A stretch of 64,000 nucleotides of DNA, from NCBI GenBank assembly GCA_035531375.1, contig DATKSZ010000063.1:3-64002 (forward strand), given 5' to 3'. The notes under the pieces were generated by a model. It had not been told where the DNA came from. It saw only the letters and a list, made by a program, of their open reading frames with translations, and searched no databases. Positions within the stretch are counted from its first letter, which is position 1; each line of letters begins with the position of its first letter. This document shows positions 8,731 through 16,672 of this stretch, piece after piece. The position numbers and the translations under genes were made by a program. Source of the DNA: Terriglobales bacterium. GTDB lineage: Bacteria; Acidobacteriota; Terriglobia; Terriglobales; SCQP01.

Positions 8731-9810
8731 CTAGTGGTTGGCGGCGGCGATCTCGGCAATGCGGTGGCGGGCCAGGGCGAGGGCCTTGGCCATCGGCGGC
8801 GTGGGCGGCTCGAGGGCGACGAAGCTGCGGTACTCGGCTTCGGCGGTCTTGAAGTCGCCCAAGCGGTCGGCGGCCTCGGCGGCGAGGAAGTGGACGGCGG
8901 GCGGGGCAGGCGGAGTGGAGTACATGGCGTTGTTGGCCATGGCTTGGGCTTCGGTGAAGTTGCCCTGCTTGAGATCGAGACCGGAGAGCTCGAGGTAGGT
9001 GGGCCAGAGCACCGGGGCGATGTTGAGGGCGCGGTGGAGGTAGAGGCCGGAGAGCTGGAGGTTGCCGGTGGTGGAGTAGAGCTTGCCCAGCTCGGTGAGG
9101 GCGATGGAGTCCTTGGGATTGCGCGCGACGGCGACGTCGAGATCGGAGCGGGCGGAGGCGTAGTTGCGGCTCTCCATGTCAAGCACGCCGCGCAGAAGAT
9201 AGGCGCGGCCCCAATTGGGGGCGGCGGTGATGGCCTCGTTGACCAGCTTCCAGGCCTTGCCGAGGTCAAGCTTGTCGAGGGCTTTTTGGGCCGCCGCCAA
9301 TTTGGACTTGGCCTTGCCGGAGGCCTGCAGATCGTTGAGCGAGACGGTGGAGGAGTTGGCGGTGACGCCGCCGCCGGTGGGCGGTGCGCCGGGGCGATGC
9401 AGGCGGAGGTCGAGGTTGCCCAAGTTGCCGCTGTCGAGATCGAACTGGTGCTGGCCGTCGGAGGCGGCCACGTCGAGTTGGTAGGGGCCGGGAGAGAGCA
9501 CGTGGAAGGAGAATTGTCCCAAGGCGTTGGTGATTTGAGAGGAGAGCAGGCCGCCGCTCCAGGCGTGCAACTCGACTACGGTGGCCGAGAGGGGCTGACC
9601 GCTGCTGTCCTCGATGCTGCCATTGATCTCCACCATGTGGGTGGCGGTGTTCTGGGGCGCGCCCGGGGTCGCTTGCGGGGAGGAATTGCGGGAGAGGCTG
9701 CCCCCCGGGGGCGAGCCGATCACCGGCACGGACTGCGCCGGGGTGGCGGAGGCAGTGAAGAGGAGAAGGCCAACCCAAGCCACAACGAGAGCAACAGCGC
9801 GCAGGTACAT
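8731..9810 (-). CDS. Secreted TPR-repeat protein with N-terminal carboxypeptidase-regulatory-like beta-sandwich
   Basis: Start trimmed to ATG 9810 (MYLRAVALVVAWVGLLLFTASA signal peptide). The upstream part of the track ORF is R/P-rich junk. TPR-like repeats (AYLLRGVLDMESRNYASARSDLDVAVARNP...) fill the C-terminal half. Confidence 0.7.
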   Translation of the reverse strand: MYLRAVALVVAWVGLLLFTASATPAQSVPVIGSPPGGSLSRNSSPQATPGAPQNTATHMVEINGSIEDSSGQPLSATVVELHAWSGGLLSSQITNALGQFSFHVLSPGPYQLDVAASDGQHQFDLDSGNLGNLDLRLHRPGAPPTGGGVTANSSTVSLNDLQASGKAKSKLAAAQKALDKLDLGKAWKLVNEAITAAPNWGRAYLLRGVLDMESRNYASARSDLDVAVARNPKDSIALTELGKLYSTTGNLQLSGLYLHRALNIAPVLWPTYLELSGLDLKQGNFTEAQAMANNAMYSTPPAPPAVHFLAAEAADRLGDFKTAEAEYRSFVALEPPTPPMAKALALARHRIAEIAAANH

Positions 9811-9941
9811 GGAAGCCGCCACTACAGGAGTTGCACTCCAATGCGGAGCGCGTTTCTTGTTTGCAAAAGATGCAGGCCGGCGGTGGGCCGGTGTCCCGGT
9901 TTGCGGAAGAAAATGCGACCGGGATATGTCGGCGGCGCGGG

Positions 9942-11036
9942 CTAGGAGACAGCATCGCGCGCGCGCTCGGGGCGGCGCAGCCGCTCCAAGTAGGACTCGA
10001 GGGCGGCGGCGCGATGGGCGCTGGTGTGGTGGTCCAAGACGCGTTGCTGGGCGGCGCGGCCGAGGGCGGCGGCGGCGGCCTCGCTGGTGTGCAGCAGGAT
10101 CTGCACCAGATGGGCGGTGTCGTCGGCGACCAGGATCTCGCGCGAGGGCTGGAAGAAGTCGGCGAGCCCGGGCCAAGGGTCGGAGATGATGGCGGTGGCG
10201 GCGGCGGCGGCCTCGAACAAGCGCACGGAGGGGGAGAAGCCCGCCTCAACCATGGCCTGGCGGGTGAGGTTGAGGGTGAAGCGGGAGGCGGCGTAGAAGG
10301 CGGCGTGCCGGTCCGGGGCGAGGTGTGGGTCGTAGCGGAGGTTGGCCGGCCAGGTGTGGGGCTCGGGGAACATGGAGCCGGCGACATGGAACGACATGCG
10401 GGGCAGACGGCGCGCCGGGGCGAGCACGAGGCGCTGGAATTTGCCCTGCCGGTCGGGGGCGAAGGTGCCCATGAAACTCAGAGCCACGGGAGGATGGGAG
10501 GAACGGGCGGCGGAGCGGTAGGCGGTCTCGTCGCAGGCGCAGTAGAGGGGGCGCACCTGGCGCGCCCGCCAGACGCGCTCCAACTCGGCCAGCATGGGGC
10601 CGCCGGTGAAGCTGAGGTAGAGGTCGAGGGCCGGAATCTGGTCGGCGCGGAGATAGGCGCAGCGCTGCAGGCGGAGCTGCGCGAGGGTGATGGGAGTATC
10701 CATGTCGTAGAAGCAGACCGGGGCGGGGGAGTGGCCGAGCAGTTCGTCGAGCAAGGGGATGCCGTCGGGAAAATAGCTGCCGACGATAACGGCGTCGGCG
10801 GCGCGGGCGGTGGCGAGGGCGGTGGGGCGGATGTCGTCCCAGTCGCGGTAGAGGTGGAGGCGGGCGTGGGGCGGCGCGGGCAGGTCGCGGTGGCGGGCAT
10901 ACCAATCGGTGTCGCGCTCGAAAAAGACAATGTGGTGGCCGCGTTGGCGCAGGCCGCGGAGCAATCCGCGGTAGGTGGTGGCGTGGCCGTTGCCCCAGGA
11001 GGAGGTGAGGGAAAGCCCAAAGAAGGCAAGCAGCAT
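9942..11036 (-). CDS. CgeB-like glycosyltransferase (Glyco_trans_1_2/DUF3880-type), paralogue 1
   Basis: 364 aa with N-terminal FFGLSLTSSWGNGHATTYRGLLRGLRQRGHHIVFFERD and a C-terminal GT-B motif SVRLFEAAAAATAIISDPWPG. Paralogous to the next two genes. Confidence 0.75.
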   Translation of the reverse strand: MLLAFFGLSLTSSWGNGHATTYRGLLRGLRQRGHHIVFFERDTDWYARHRDLPAPPHARLHLYRDWDDIRPTALATARAADAVIVGSYFPDGIPLLDELLGHSPAPVCFYDMDTPITLAQLRLQRCAYLRADQIPALDLYLSFTGGPMLAELERVWRARQVRPLYCACDETAYRSAARSSHPPVALSFMGTFAPDRQGKFQRLVLAPARRLPRMSFHVAGSMFPEPHTWPANLRYDPHLAPDRHAAFYAASRFTLNLTRQAMVEAGFSPSVRLFEAAAAATAIISDPWPGLADFFQPSREILVADDTAHLVQILLHTSEAAAAALGRAAQQRVLDHHTSAHRAAALESYLERLRRPERARDAVS

Positions 11037-11042
11037 AAGCGG

Positions 11043-12194
11043 CTAGGCGGAGAGGGCGGGGACCTCGGCAGCAGCGGGGAGGGCGGGTGCGGGTCGGGGC
11101 GGGCACAGCAGCAGGGCATGGACCCGCCGGGCGCGGTGGTGGTAGCTGTGTTCGGCGAGGGCGCGCTCGCGGGCGCGGCGGCCGAGGGCGGCAGCGGCCT
11201 CGGGGGAGAGCCCTTGGAGGTGGGCGGCCACCTGCTGCGGTCCGGTGGCCAAGAGGATCTCGCGTCCGGGCTCGAAGAACAAGTTCATGCCGGGCCAGGC
11301 ATCGCTGAGGATGGCAGCGCCGGCGCCGGCGGCCTCGAAGATGCGGGTGGGGGGAGAAAACCCGGTCTGTGCCATGCTGTCGCGGTTGAGGTTGAGCACC
11401 AGGCGGGCGGAGCTGTTGAGGGCGTTGTGCTGAGGCGGGGCGATGAAGCCAGCGCGGCGCAGGTTGGGCGGGAGGGCGGCCTGGGCTCCGCCTTCGGCTT
11501 CGGACCAGCCTTCGCCGGCGAGCAGAAAACGATGTTGGGGGCAGAGCGCGGCGGCGGCGAAAAAGAAGTGGCGGACGCGGGATTCGCGGTCGGGGAGGCG
11601 GTGGCCGAGGAAGGTGAGGTCGGCCTGGAAGCGCGGGTCGGGCGCGGTGGGAAAATGGGTGTCGGGGTCGAGGCCGTTGTAGATGGGGAAGCAGGCGCGC
11701 GCGCCCAGGCGGCGATAGCGCGCCACCACGGGCGGGCCGCCGCCGTAGGTGAAGACAAAGTCGTAGCCGGGCAGGCAGCGGCGCAAGGGGTGCTGGGGTT
11801 GGGCCTCGAGCCCAGCCAAGGTGGCGGGGGCGTCCACGTCCCAAAAGGCCACCCGCGGACGGGCGCCGGCGGGGGCGGCGGCGGCGGCATCGAGCACCGC
11901 GGCTTCCAAAAACTCATCGTCGGCGCCGACGCCACTGTGCTTGATGATGAGGTCGGCGTCGCGGGCGCGGCGGAGGTGGAGTTGAAGCTCGGTGCGGGAG
12001 CGGTAGACCGGGCAGTGGGCAAAAGGGGGATCGGCGGGCCAATCGCGGTGGCGCTGACGGTCGTAGATGTCAGGCTCGGCGAAGGTAATGTGGTAGCCGA
12101 GGGCGTGGAGATTTTTGTAGAGGCCGCGGTAGTAGGTGGCGGCGCCATTCCAGTAGGCCGAGGTCAGGCTGGAGCCGAAGACGTAGAGCCTCAA
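11043..12194 (-). CDS. CgeB-like glycosyltransferase, paralogue 2
   Basis: 383 aa with VFGSSLTSAYWNGAATYYRGLYKNLHALGYHITFAEPD and PTRIFEAAGAGAAILSDAWPG. TTG start overlapping the stop of paralogue 3 (gaTTGAgg). Confidence 0.75.
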   Translation of the reverse strand: MRLYVFGSSLTSAYWNGAATYYRGLYKNLHALGYHITFAEPDIYDRQRHRDWPADPPFAHCPVYRSRTELQLHLRRARDADLIIKHSGVGADDEFLEAAVLDAAAAAPAGARPRVAFWDVDAPATLAGLEAQPQHPLRRCLPGYDFVFTYGGGPPVVARYRRLGARACFPIYNGLDPDTHFPTAPDPRFQADLTFLGHRLPDRESRVRHFFFAAAALCPQHRFLLAGEGWSEAEGGAQAALPPNLRRAGFIAPPQHNALNSSARLVLNLNRDSMAQTGFSPPTRIFEAAGAGAAILSDAWPGMNLFFEPGREILLATGPQQVAAHLQGLSPEAAAALGRRARERALAEHSYHHRARRVHALLLCPPRPAPALPAAAEVPALSA

Positions 12195-13303
12195 TCCAGA
12201 TCGCGGCAGATGGCCTCCAATTGTTGCGCCCGATGGGCACAGGTGTGGCGCGCCCGAATGGTGGCGGCGGCATGGCGCCCCAACTGGATTCGTTGCTCCT
12301 CATGGCGGAGAAGTTGCATCATCAGCGCGGTCATTTCCCGGCCATCGCGCGCGGGCCAGTAGTCGGCGCCGGATTGGAAAAGGGCCTCGGTGTCATCCCA
12401 GGGGGAACAGAGCAGGGGCACGCCGCAGGCCATGGCCTCGAACATGCGGATGGTGGGGATGCCGGGCAAGGCGTGGGCGTAGGGGGCGCGGGGCAGGTGG
12501 AGGGTGAATTGGGCGGCGGCGTAGGCGCGCGGGGCCTGCAGGTTGGGCAGGTAGCCGGCATAGGCGATGCCGAGTGCGGCAAGCTGGGCCCGGGCGGCGG
12601 GGGGATAGCGTACGCCGTAGGCGCGGGCGGAGAGGCGGGCGGCGCGGACCGGGCCGAGGAGGAACTCGTGCAGTTCGCGGGTGCGCTCGCCGTCGCCCCA
12701 GTTGCCTATCCAGACCAGGGCGGACTGCGGGGCGGGGGCGAGGGGGAAGAAGCGCTCGGTGTCGGCGGCTTCATGGAAGGTAAAGCTGCGGCGCACCCCC
12801 CAGCCTTCGTAGAGGCGGCGCAGGCTTTCGCCAAAGGCAACGACGCCATCGAGGGAGGCGAGCGGGAGGCGCTGGAGGAGGTGGGGCTGGCTGGCGGCGC
12901 GATGGTGGGTGTCGTGCCAGAGCAGGCGGAAGCCGAAGCGGCGGCGCTGGAGGAGCAGCCAATGCAGCAGCTCGGGGGCGCTCCATTCGTGCACCAGGAC
13001 CAGGTCGGCGCCGCGCAACTCGTCGTCCCAGTGGAGGACGCGCTCGGGGCCGAGGGCGCCGGGGCCGTAGCAGCGCAGGTCGAGTTCGGGATAGGCGGCG
13101 CGCACCTGGGCGATGGCGGCGCGGCCGTTGGGCTCTTGGCGGAGCTGGGCCAGCGACCATCCGCCGGCCGGGGTGGGCATGGGCTCGTAGAGGCGGAGGG
13201 CGTGGCCGCGGCGCACCAGGGCGCTGGCCAGGCCGCGCAGGAAATGGGCGTTGCCGTGGTTCCAGTCGGAGAGCCAGGAATGGGCGAAGTAGCGAATCTG
13301 CAC
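12191..13303 (-). CDS. CgeB-like glycosyltransferase, paralogue 3 (most divergent)
   Basis: Start trimmed to GTG 13303 (MQIRYFAHSWLSDWNHGNAHFLRGLASALVRRGHALRLYEP), preceded by GAGG and lying 9 nt after the GT4 stop. C-terminal IRMFEAMACGVPLLCSPW. The remainder of the 674-aa track ORF overlaps the GT4 gene and is R/P-rich. Confidence 0.75.
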   Translation of the reverse strand: MQIRYFAHSWLSDWNHGNAHFLRGLASALVRRGHALRLYEPMPTPAGGWSLAQLRQEPNGRAAIAQVRAAYPELDLRCYGPGALGPERVLHWDDELRGADLVLVHEWSAPELLHWLLLQRRRFGFRLLWHDTHHRAASQPHLLQRLPLASLDGVVAFGESLRRLYEGWGVRRSFTFHEAADTERFFPLAPAPQSALVWIGNWGDGERTRELHEFLLGPVRAARLSARAYGVRYPPAARAQLAALGIAYAGYLPNLQAPRAYAAAQFTLHLPRAPYAHALPGIPTIRMFEAMACGVPLLCSPWDDTEALFQSGADYWPARDGREMTALMMQLLRHEEQRIQLGRHAAATIRARHTCAHRAQQLEAICRDLD

Positions 13304-13314
13304 GGCGGCCTCGG

Positions 13315-14409
13315 CTATAGCAGGCAGCGGCCGAGCAGGCGCCCATAGAGCGCCTCGTAGGCGGCGGCCATGCGTTCGACGGAGTAGAGTTGGCGGGCGC
13401 GGCGCCCAGCGGCGGCGGCCAGCCCGCGCGCATAGGCGGGATGGGAGGCGAGGGTATGCAGGGCCCGGGCGAGGGCATCGCCGTCGTTGCGGGCGAAATA
13501 GTGGGCGGCGGGCCCCCAGATCTCGCGGAAGCTGGGAATGTCGTTGAGCAGCAAAGCGCAGCCGGCGTGGGCGGCCTCCAGCGGCGCCAGGCCAAAGGGT
13601 TCGTAGCGGCTGGGGGCGATGTAGACGGTGGCTTGGGCGAGCAGGCGGGCGGCTTGGGCGGGGGCGAGGTTGCCCAAGCAGCGCAGGCGGGGCGAGGCGG
13701 GCAGGGGGGAGCGGCCGCGCTGGGGGTGGCGATCGTCGCCGGCGACCAGGACGGGGAGGGCGAGATCGGAGCGGCAGAGCAACTGGAATTGTTTGCCTTC
13801 GTCCCAAACCCGGCCGAGAGAGACGGCGCAGGGCTGTCTGGCGGCGGCCACCGGGCCGGGAGGAGAGCCGTGGGCGAGCACGCTCCCGCCCTGGTAGCCG
13901 AAGCTGCGGCGCAGGTCGTGGAGCACCGCCCGGGAGGGGGCGACGACGGCCTGGGCGCGCGCCAGCGCGCGCTGGACCAAGTCGCGATACCAGGTGTGGT
14001 AGGTGTCGTGGGGGGGTGGGTGGCCGCGCACCTGGCGCCACCAGGAGAAGACATCGCTGTGCACGGCGAGCAGGGTGGGGGGGCCGCAAGCGGCGAAGGC
14101 GAACTGGTTGCTGTGGACGAGGTCGGCGCGCCAGCGGCGTGCGAGCGCGGCGACGGCGGCTTGGGCTTGGGCGGTTTCGGCGGCGAGGGCGTCGGGGGCG
14201 TCGCCGCCCATCCATTCCAGGCGGAAGGGGGCGATCGCGGCCTCGAGGTCGGGGGTCGGGGAGGGGTGGGCGCCGAAAATCACAAGCTGGACGGCGTGGC
14301 CGCGCTGGCGCAGGGCGCGCGCCAGGGTGGCGGCGTGGGTGCCGACGCCGCCAGCGGCGTCGCTGGTGATGAGGATGCGAAGCGGGCGGGGGGAACCGCG
14401 GTCAGGCAT
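13315..14409 (-). CDS. Glycosyltransferase family 4 (GT-B fold)
   Basis: 364 aa with RILITSDAAGGVGTHAATLARAL and a C-terminal EPFGLAPLEAAHAGCALLLNDIPSFREI region. Confidence 0.85.
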   Translation of the reverse strand: MPDRGSPRPLRILITSDAAGGVGTHAATLARALRQRGHAVQLVIFGAHPSPTPDLEAAIAPFRLEWMGGDAPDALAAETAQAQAAVAALARRWRADLVHSNQFAFAACGPPTLLAVHSDVFSWWRQVRGHPPPHDTYHTWYRDLVQRALARAQAVVAPSRAVLHDLRRSFGYQGGSVLAHGSPPGPVAAARQPCAVSLGRVWDEGKQFQLLCRSDLALPVLVAGDDRHPQRGRSPLPASPRLRCLGNLAPAQAARLLAQATVYIAPSRYEPFGLAPLEAAHAGCALLLNDIPSFREIWGPAAHYFARNDGDALARALHTLASHPAYARGLAAAAGRRARQLYSVERMAAAYEALYGRLLGRCLL

Positions 14410-14418
14410 GGGGCGGGC

Positions 14419-15591
14419 TTAGCCAGTGAGGCCGAAGGCGCGCAGTTCGGCGGTGGCGTGTTCTTGGGTGGCGGCGCGGGCGTGGCGGAGTTGGGGGACG
14501 GCGTGGTGCTGGCGCAGCCAAGCCGCCAGCTCGCGCATGCCGGTGGCGAGATCCACCTGGGGCTGGTAGCCGAGGCGAGCGCGGGCGGCGGCGATGTCGG
14601 CGAGGCAGTGGCGGGCGTCGCCCAGGCGGAACTGGCCGGTGATGGCGGGCGCGAGCGCAACCCCGAGGGCGCGGGCGAGCTGGCGGGCGAACTCGGCGAC
14701 GGTGAGGGCTTGGCCGCTGGCGATGTTGAAGACGCCGTTGGCGGCGCCGGGTTGGGCGAGGGCCAATTGACAGGCGGCGGCGACGTCGTGGACGCTGACC
14801 AGGTCGCGCTGTTGCTGGCCGTCCTCGAACACCTGGGGCGCGCGGCCGGCGAGCAGGGCGGAGGCGAAGACCGCGGCCACCCCGGTGTAGGGATTGGCCA
14901 AGGCCTGGCGGGGGCCGTAGGTGTTGAAGAAGCGCAGCACCACGGTGGGCAGCCCGTAGGTGCGGCCGAAGAGGCGGCACATCTCTTCCTGGACGGATTT
15001 GGTGAGGGCGTACATGGAGTTCAGGCGCGGGGGCTTGGCCTCCTCGGTGGGGCGGGGCTGGAGCGGGGCGAGGCAGCCGGAACAGCGCAGTTCCCAATCC
15101 TGGCGGCGGAGTTGCTCGAGGCTGCGCTGGCCGGCCGCTTCGGTCGGGCCACAGGCGGGACAGCGGTAGCGGCCCTCGCCGTAGATGGACATGGAGCCGG
15201 CAAGCAGCAGGCGCTCGACGCCGCAGCCGGGGCGGCGCTGGCGGCGCAACAGCGCCTCCAGCAGCACCGCCGTGCCTTGCAGGTTGACCTGGTTGTAGCG
15301 GGCGATTTGGTAGTGGGATTGGCCGACGCCGACGACGGCGGCAAAATGGACCACGGCGCCCACCCCGGCGAGGGCGCGGTCGAGGGCGGCGGGATCGAGC
15401 ACGCTGCCCACCTGCAACTCGGCCTCCGGGGCGAGATAGGCGGGGGCGCCGTTGGGATGGACCTGGGGGTCGAGGCAGTCGAGCAGGCGGACGCGGTAGC
15501 CGGCCCCAAGCAGGCGGTCGGCGAGATGGGAGCCGAGGAAGCCGGCGCCGCCGGTGATGAGCACAACCGGGCTGGCGGCGGGGGGGCTCAC
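14419..15591 (-). CDS. NAD-dependent epimerase/dehydratase (extended SDR) with an internal CxxC...CxxC insertion
   Basis: Start trimmed to GTG 15591, overlapping the upstream TGA (GTGA). Motifs are VLITGGAGFLGSHL (Rossmann) and SMYALTKSVQE (YxxxK). A four-Cys insertion, RCPACG-x22-CSGC, lies between the catalytic Ser and YxxxK. Confidence 0.85.
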   Translation of the reverse strand: MSPPAASPVVLITGGAGFLGSHLADRLLGAGYRVRLLDCLDPQVHPNGAPAYLAPEAELQVGSVLDPAALDRALAGVGAVVHFAAVVGVGQSHYQIARYNQVNLQGTAVLLEALLRRQRRPGCGVERLLLAGSMSIYGEGRYRCPACGPTEAAGQRSLEQLRRQDWELRCSGCLAPLQPRPTEEAKPPRLNSMYALTKSVQEEMCRLFGRTYGLPTVVLRFFNTYGPRQALANPYTGVAAVFASALLAGRAPQVFEDGQQQRDLVSVHDVAAACQLALAQPGAANGVFNIASGQALTVAEFARQLARALGVALAPAITGQFRLGDARHCLADIAAARARLGYQPQVDLATGMRELAAWLRQHHAVPQLRHARAATQEHATAELRAFGLTG

Positions 15592-16526
15592 CGCACCGGC
15601 TCCAGCGCGCGCAGCGAGCCCAGGGCGGGGGCGACGGGGGCGTAGCGCTGGGCGGCCCAAGCGGCGAAGCGGGCGAACTCGGCCTGGCCCTCGGGGCGCG
15701 GCGGGGAGGCGTAGTGGGGCTCCACCCCCAGCGCGGTGGGGGTGTAGCACAGCGTCAGGGTGACCTGGAACGGGCGCAGCGCCTGCATTTGGCGGTCGAA
15801 CCATGCCTCGGCGCCGGGGCGGTACCAGTCAGCCCAGCTCAAGCCGGTGCGGACGTGCTGGACGCCCAGGCGTTGCAGCCAGTCCACCGCCGCCTCCAGC
15901 CGCGGGTCTTCGAAATGAAACCACTGGCAAATGCCGAGCTCGCGGGGGAACTCCGCGCAGGCGGGCTTGGGGGTGCCGTCGGCGCGGATCAGGCCCATAT
16001 AGTAATGGCGGTAGTAGGCCGAGCCCTCGCTCTCGCGGTGGCGGGTGGTGGCCTCCCACTGGGGCGGGAGGTCGAGCAGGCTGTACCAGTAGAGGCGCTC
16101 GACCCGGCCGCGCAGCAGGCGGGCGGTGGCGCGCAAGCCGAAAAGCTGGATTTCGTCGGCGCCGAAGGAGGAGGCGCCGGCCTCGCTGACCCAGACCGGG
16201 AGGTTGGCGACCTGCTCGATTTCGGCGATTTTGCGCGGCCAATCGGCGAGGGGCCAGTGGTTCCAATCCAGGGGAAAGCCATGCACCGCCACCCGGTCCA
16301 CCGCCGCCAACACCCCGTAGCTGGCCAAAAGGCGGATGAAGCCGACATCAATGGGGGAAATGCCGCCCAACACCAAGGGCAGCTCCGGCCGCACCGCCCG
16401 CACCCGGGCGGCCGCCGCGCAGGTCATGGCGGCGAAGCCGCGCCATTCCGGATCGAGGGCAAAGTTCCAGTGGGAGAGGTTGTTGGGCTCGTTCCATAGC
16501 ATCAGGGCTGCCAGCACAACCACCAT
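15588..16526 (-). CDS. Glycoside hydrolase, clan GH-A (beta/alpha)8 barrel, apparently circularly permuted
   Basis: 312 aa with LWNEPNN (acid/base) at residues 11-17, VHGFP, then VWVSEAG (nucleophile) at residues 111-117. YWYSLLD and GLIRADGTPKPA follow. After that come beta1-beta3-like segments: GVQHVRTGLSWADW, VTLTLCYTP and AEFARFAAWAAQRY. Confidence 0.75.
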   Translation of the reverse strand: MVVVLAALMLWNEPNNLSHWNFALDPEWRGFAAMTCAAAARVRAVRPELPLVLGGISPIDVGFIRLLASYGVLAAVDRVAVHGFPLDWNHWPLADWPRKIAEIEQVANLPVWVSEAGASSFGADEIQLFGLRATARLLRGRVERLYWYSLLDLPPQWEATTRHRESEGSAYYRHYYMGLIRADGTPKPACAEFPRELGICQWFHFEDPRLEAAVDWLQRLGVQHVRTGLSWADWYRPGAEAWFDRQMQALRPFQVTLTLCYTPTALGVEPHYASPPRPEGQAEFARFAAWAAQRYAPVAPALGSLRALEPVR

Positions 16527-16672
16527 GGATGTACTTGGCTGGGCGGGGGGTTTGTTGCCGCTGGCGGGAGGTGGGGGGTGGCCATCCTTCTATAGAACCG
16601 GGCGCAGCGGCCGCGCGCCCGCCCCGATGGGCCCCTGTCTTTCGTATACTGGATGCAGAGCGACTTTTATCC

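Noticed and set aside
8731-10176. N-terminal extensions of several track ORFs: 8731-10176, 12191-14215, 14419-15804, 16529-, 19962-21002, 23043-24362, 27498-28955, 34518-, 35507-, 51298-53136, 51610-, 51918-53654 and 59979-.
   Set aside because: The extensions are R/P/A-rich, overlap neighbouring genes and precede internal starts that give canonical N-termini, signal peptides, SD sequences or stop-start coupling. The starts were trimmed accordingly.
9831-15645. Long plus-strand ORFs 9831-12362 (843 aa) and 13390-15645 (751 aa), and other frames across the glycosyltransferase cluster.
   Set aside because: They are G/A/E/V-rich antisense shadows of the minus-strand GT and epimerase genes, which carry conserved motifs and are translationally coupled.
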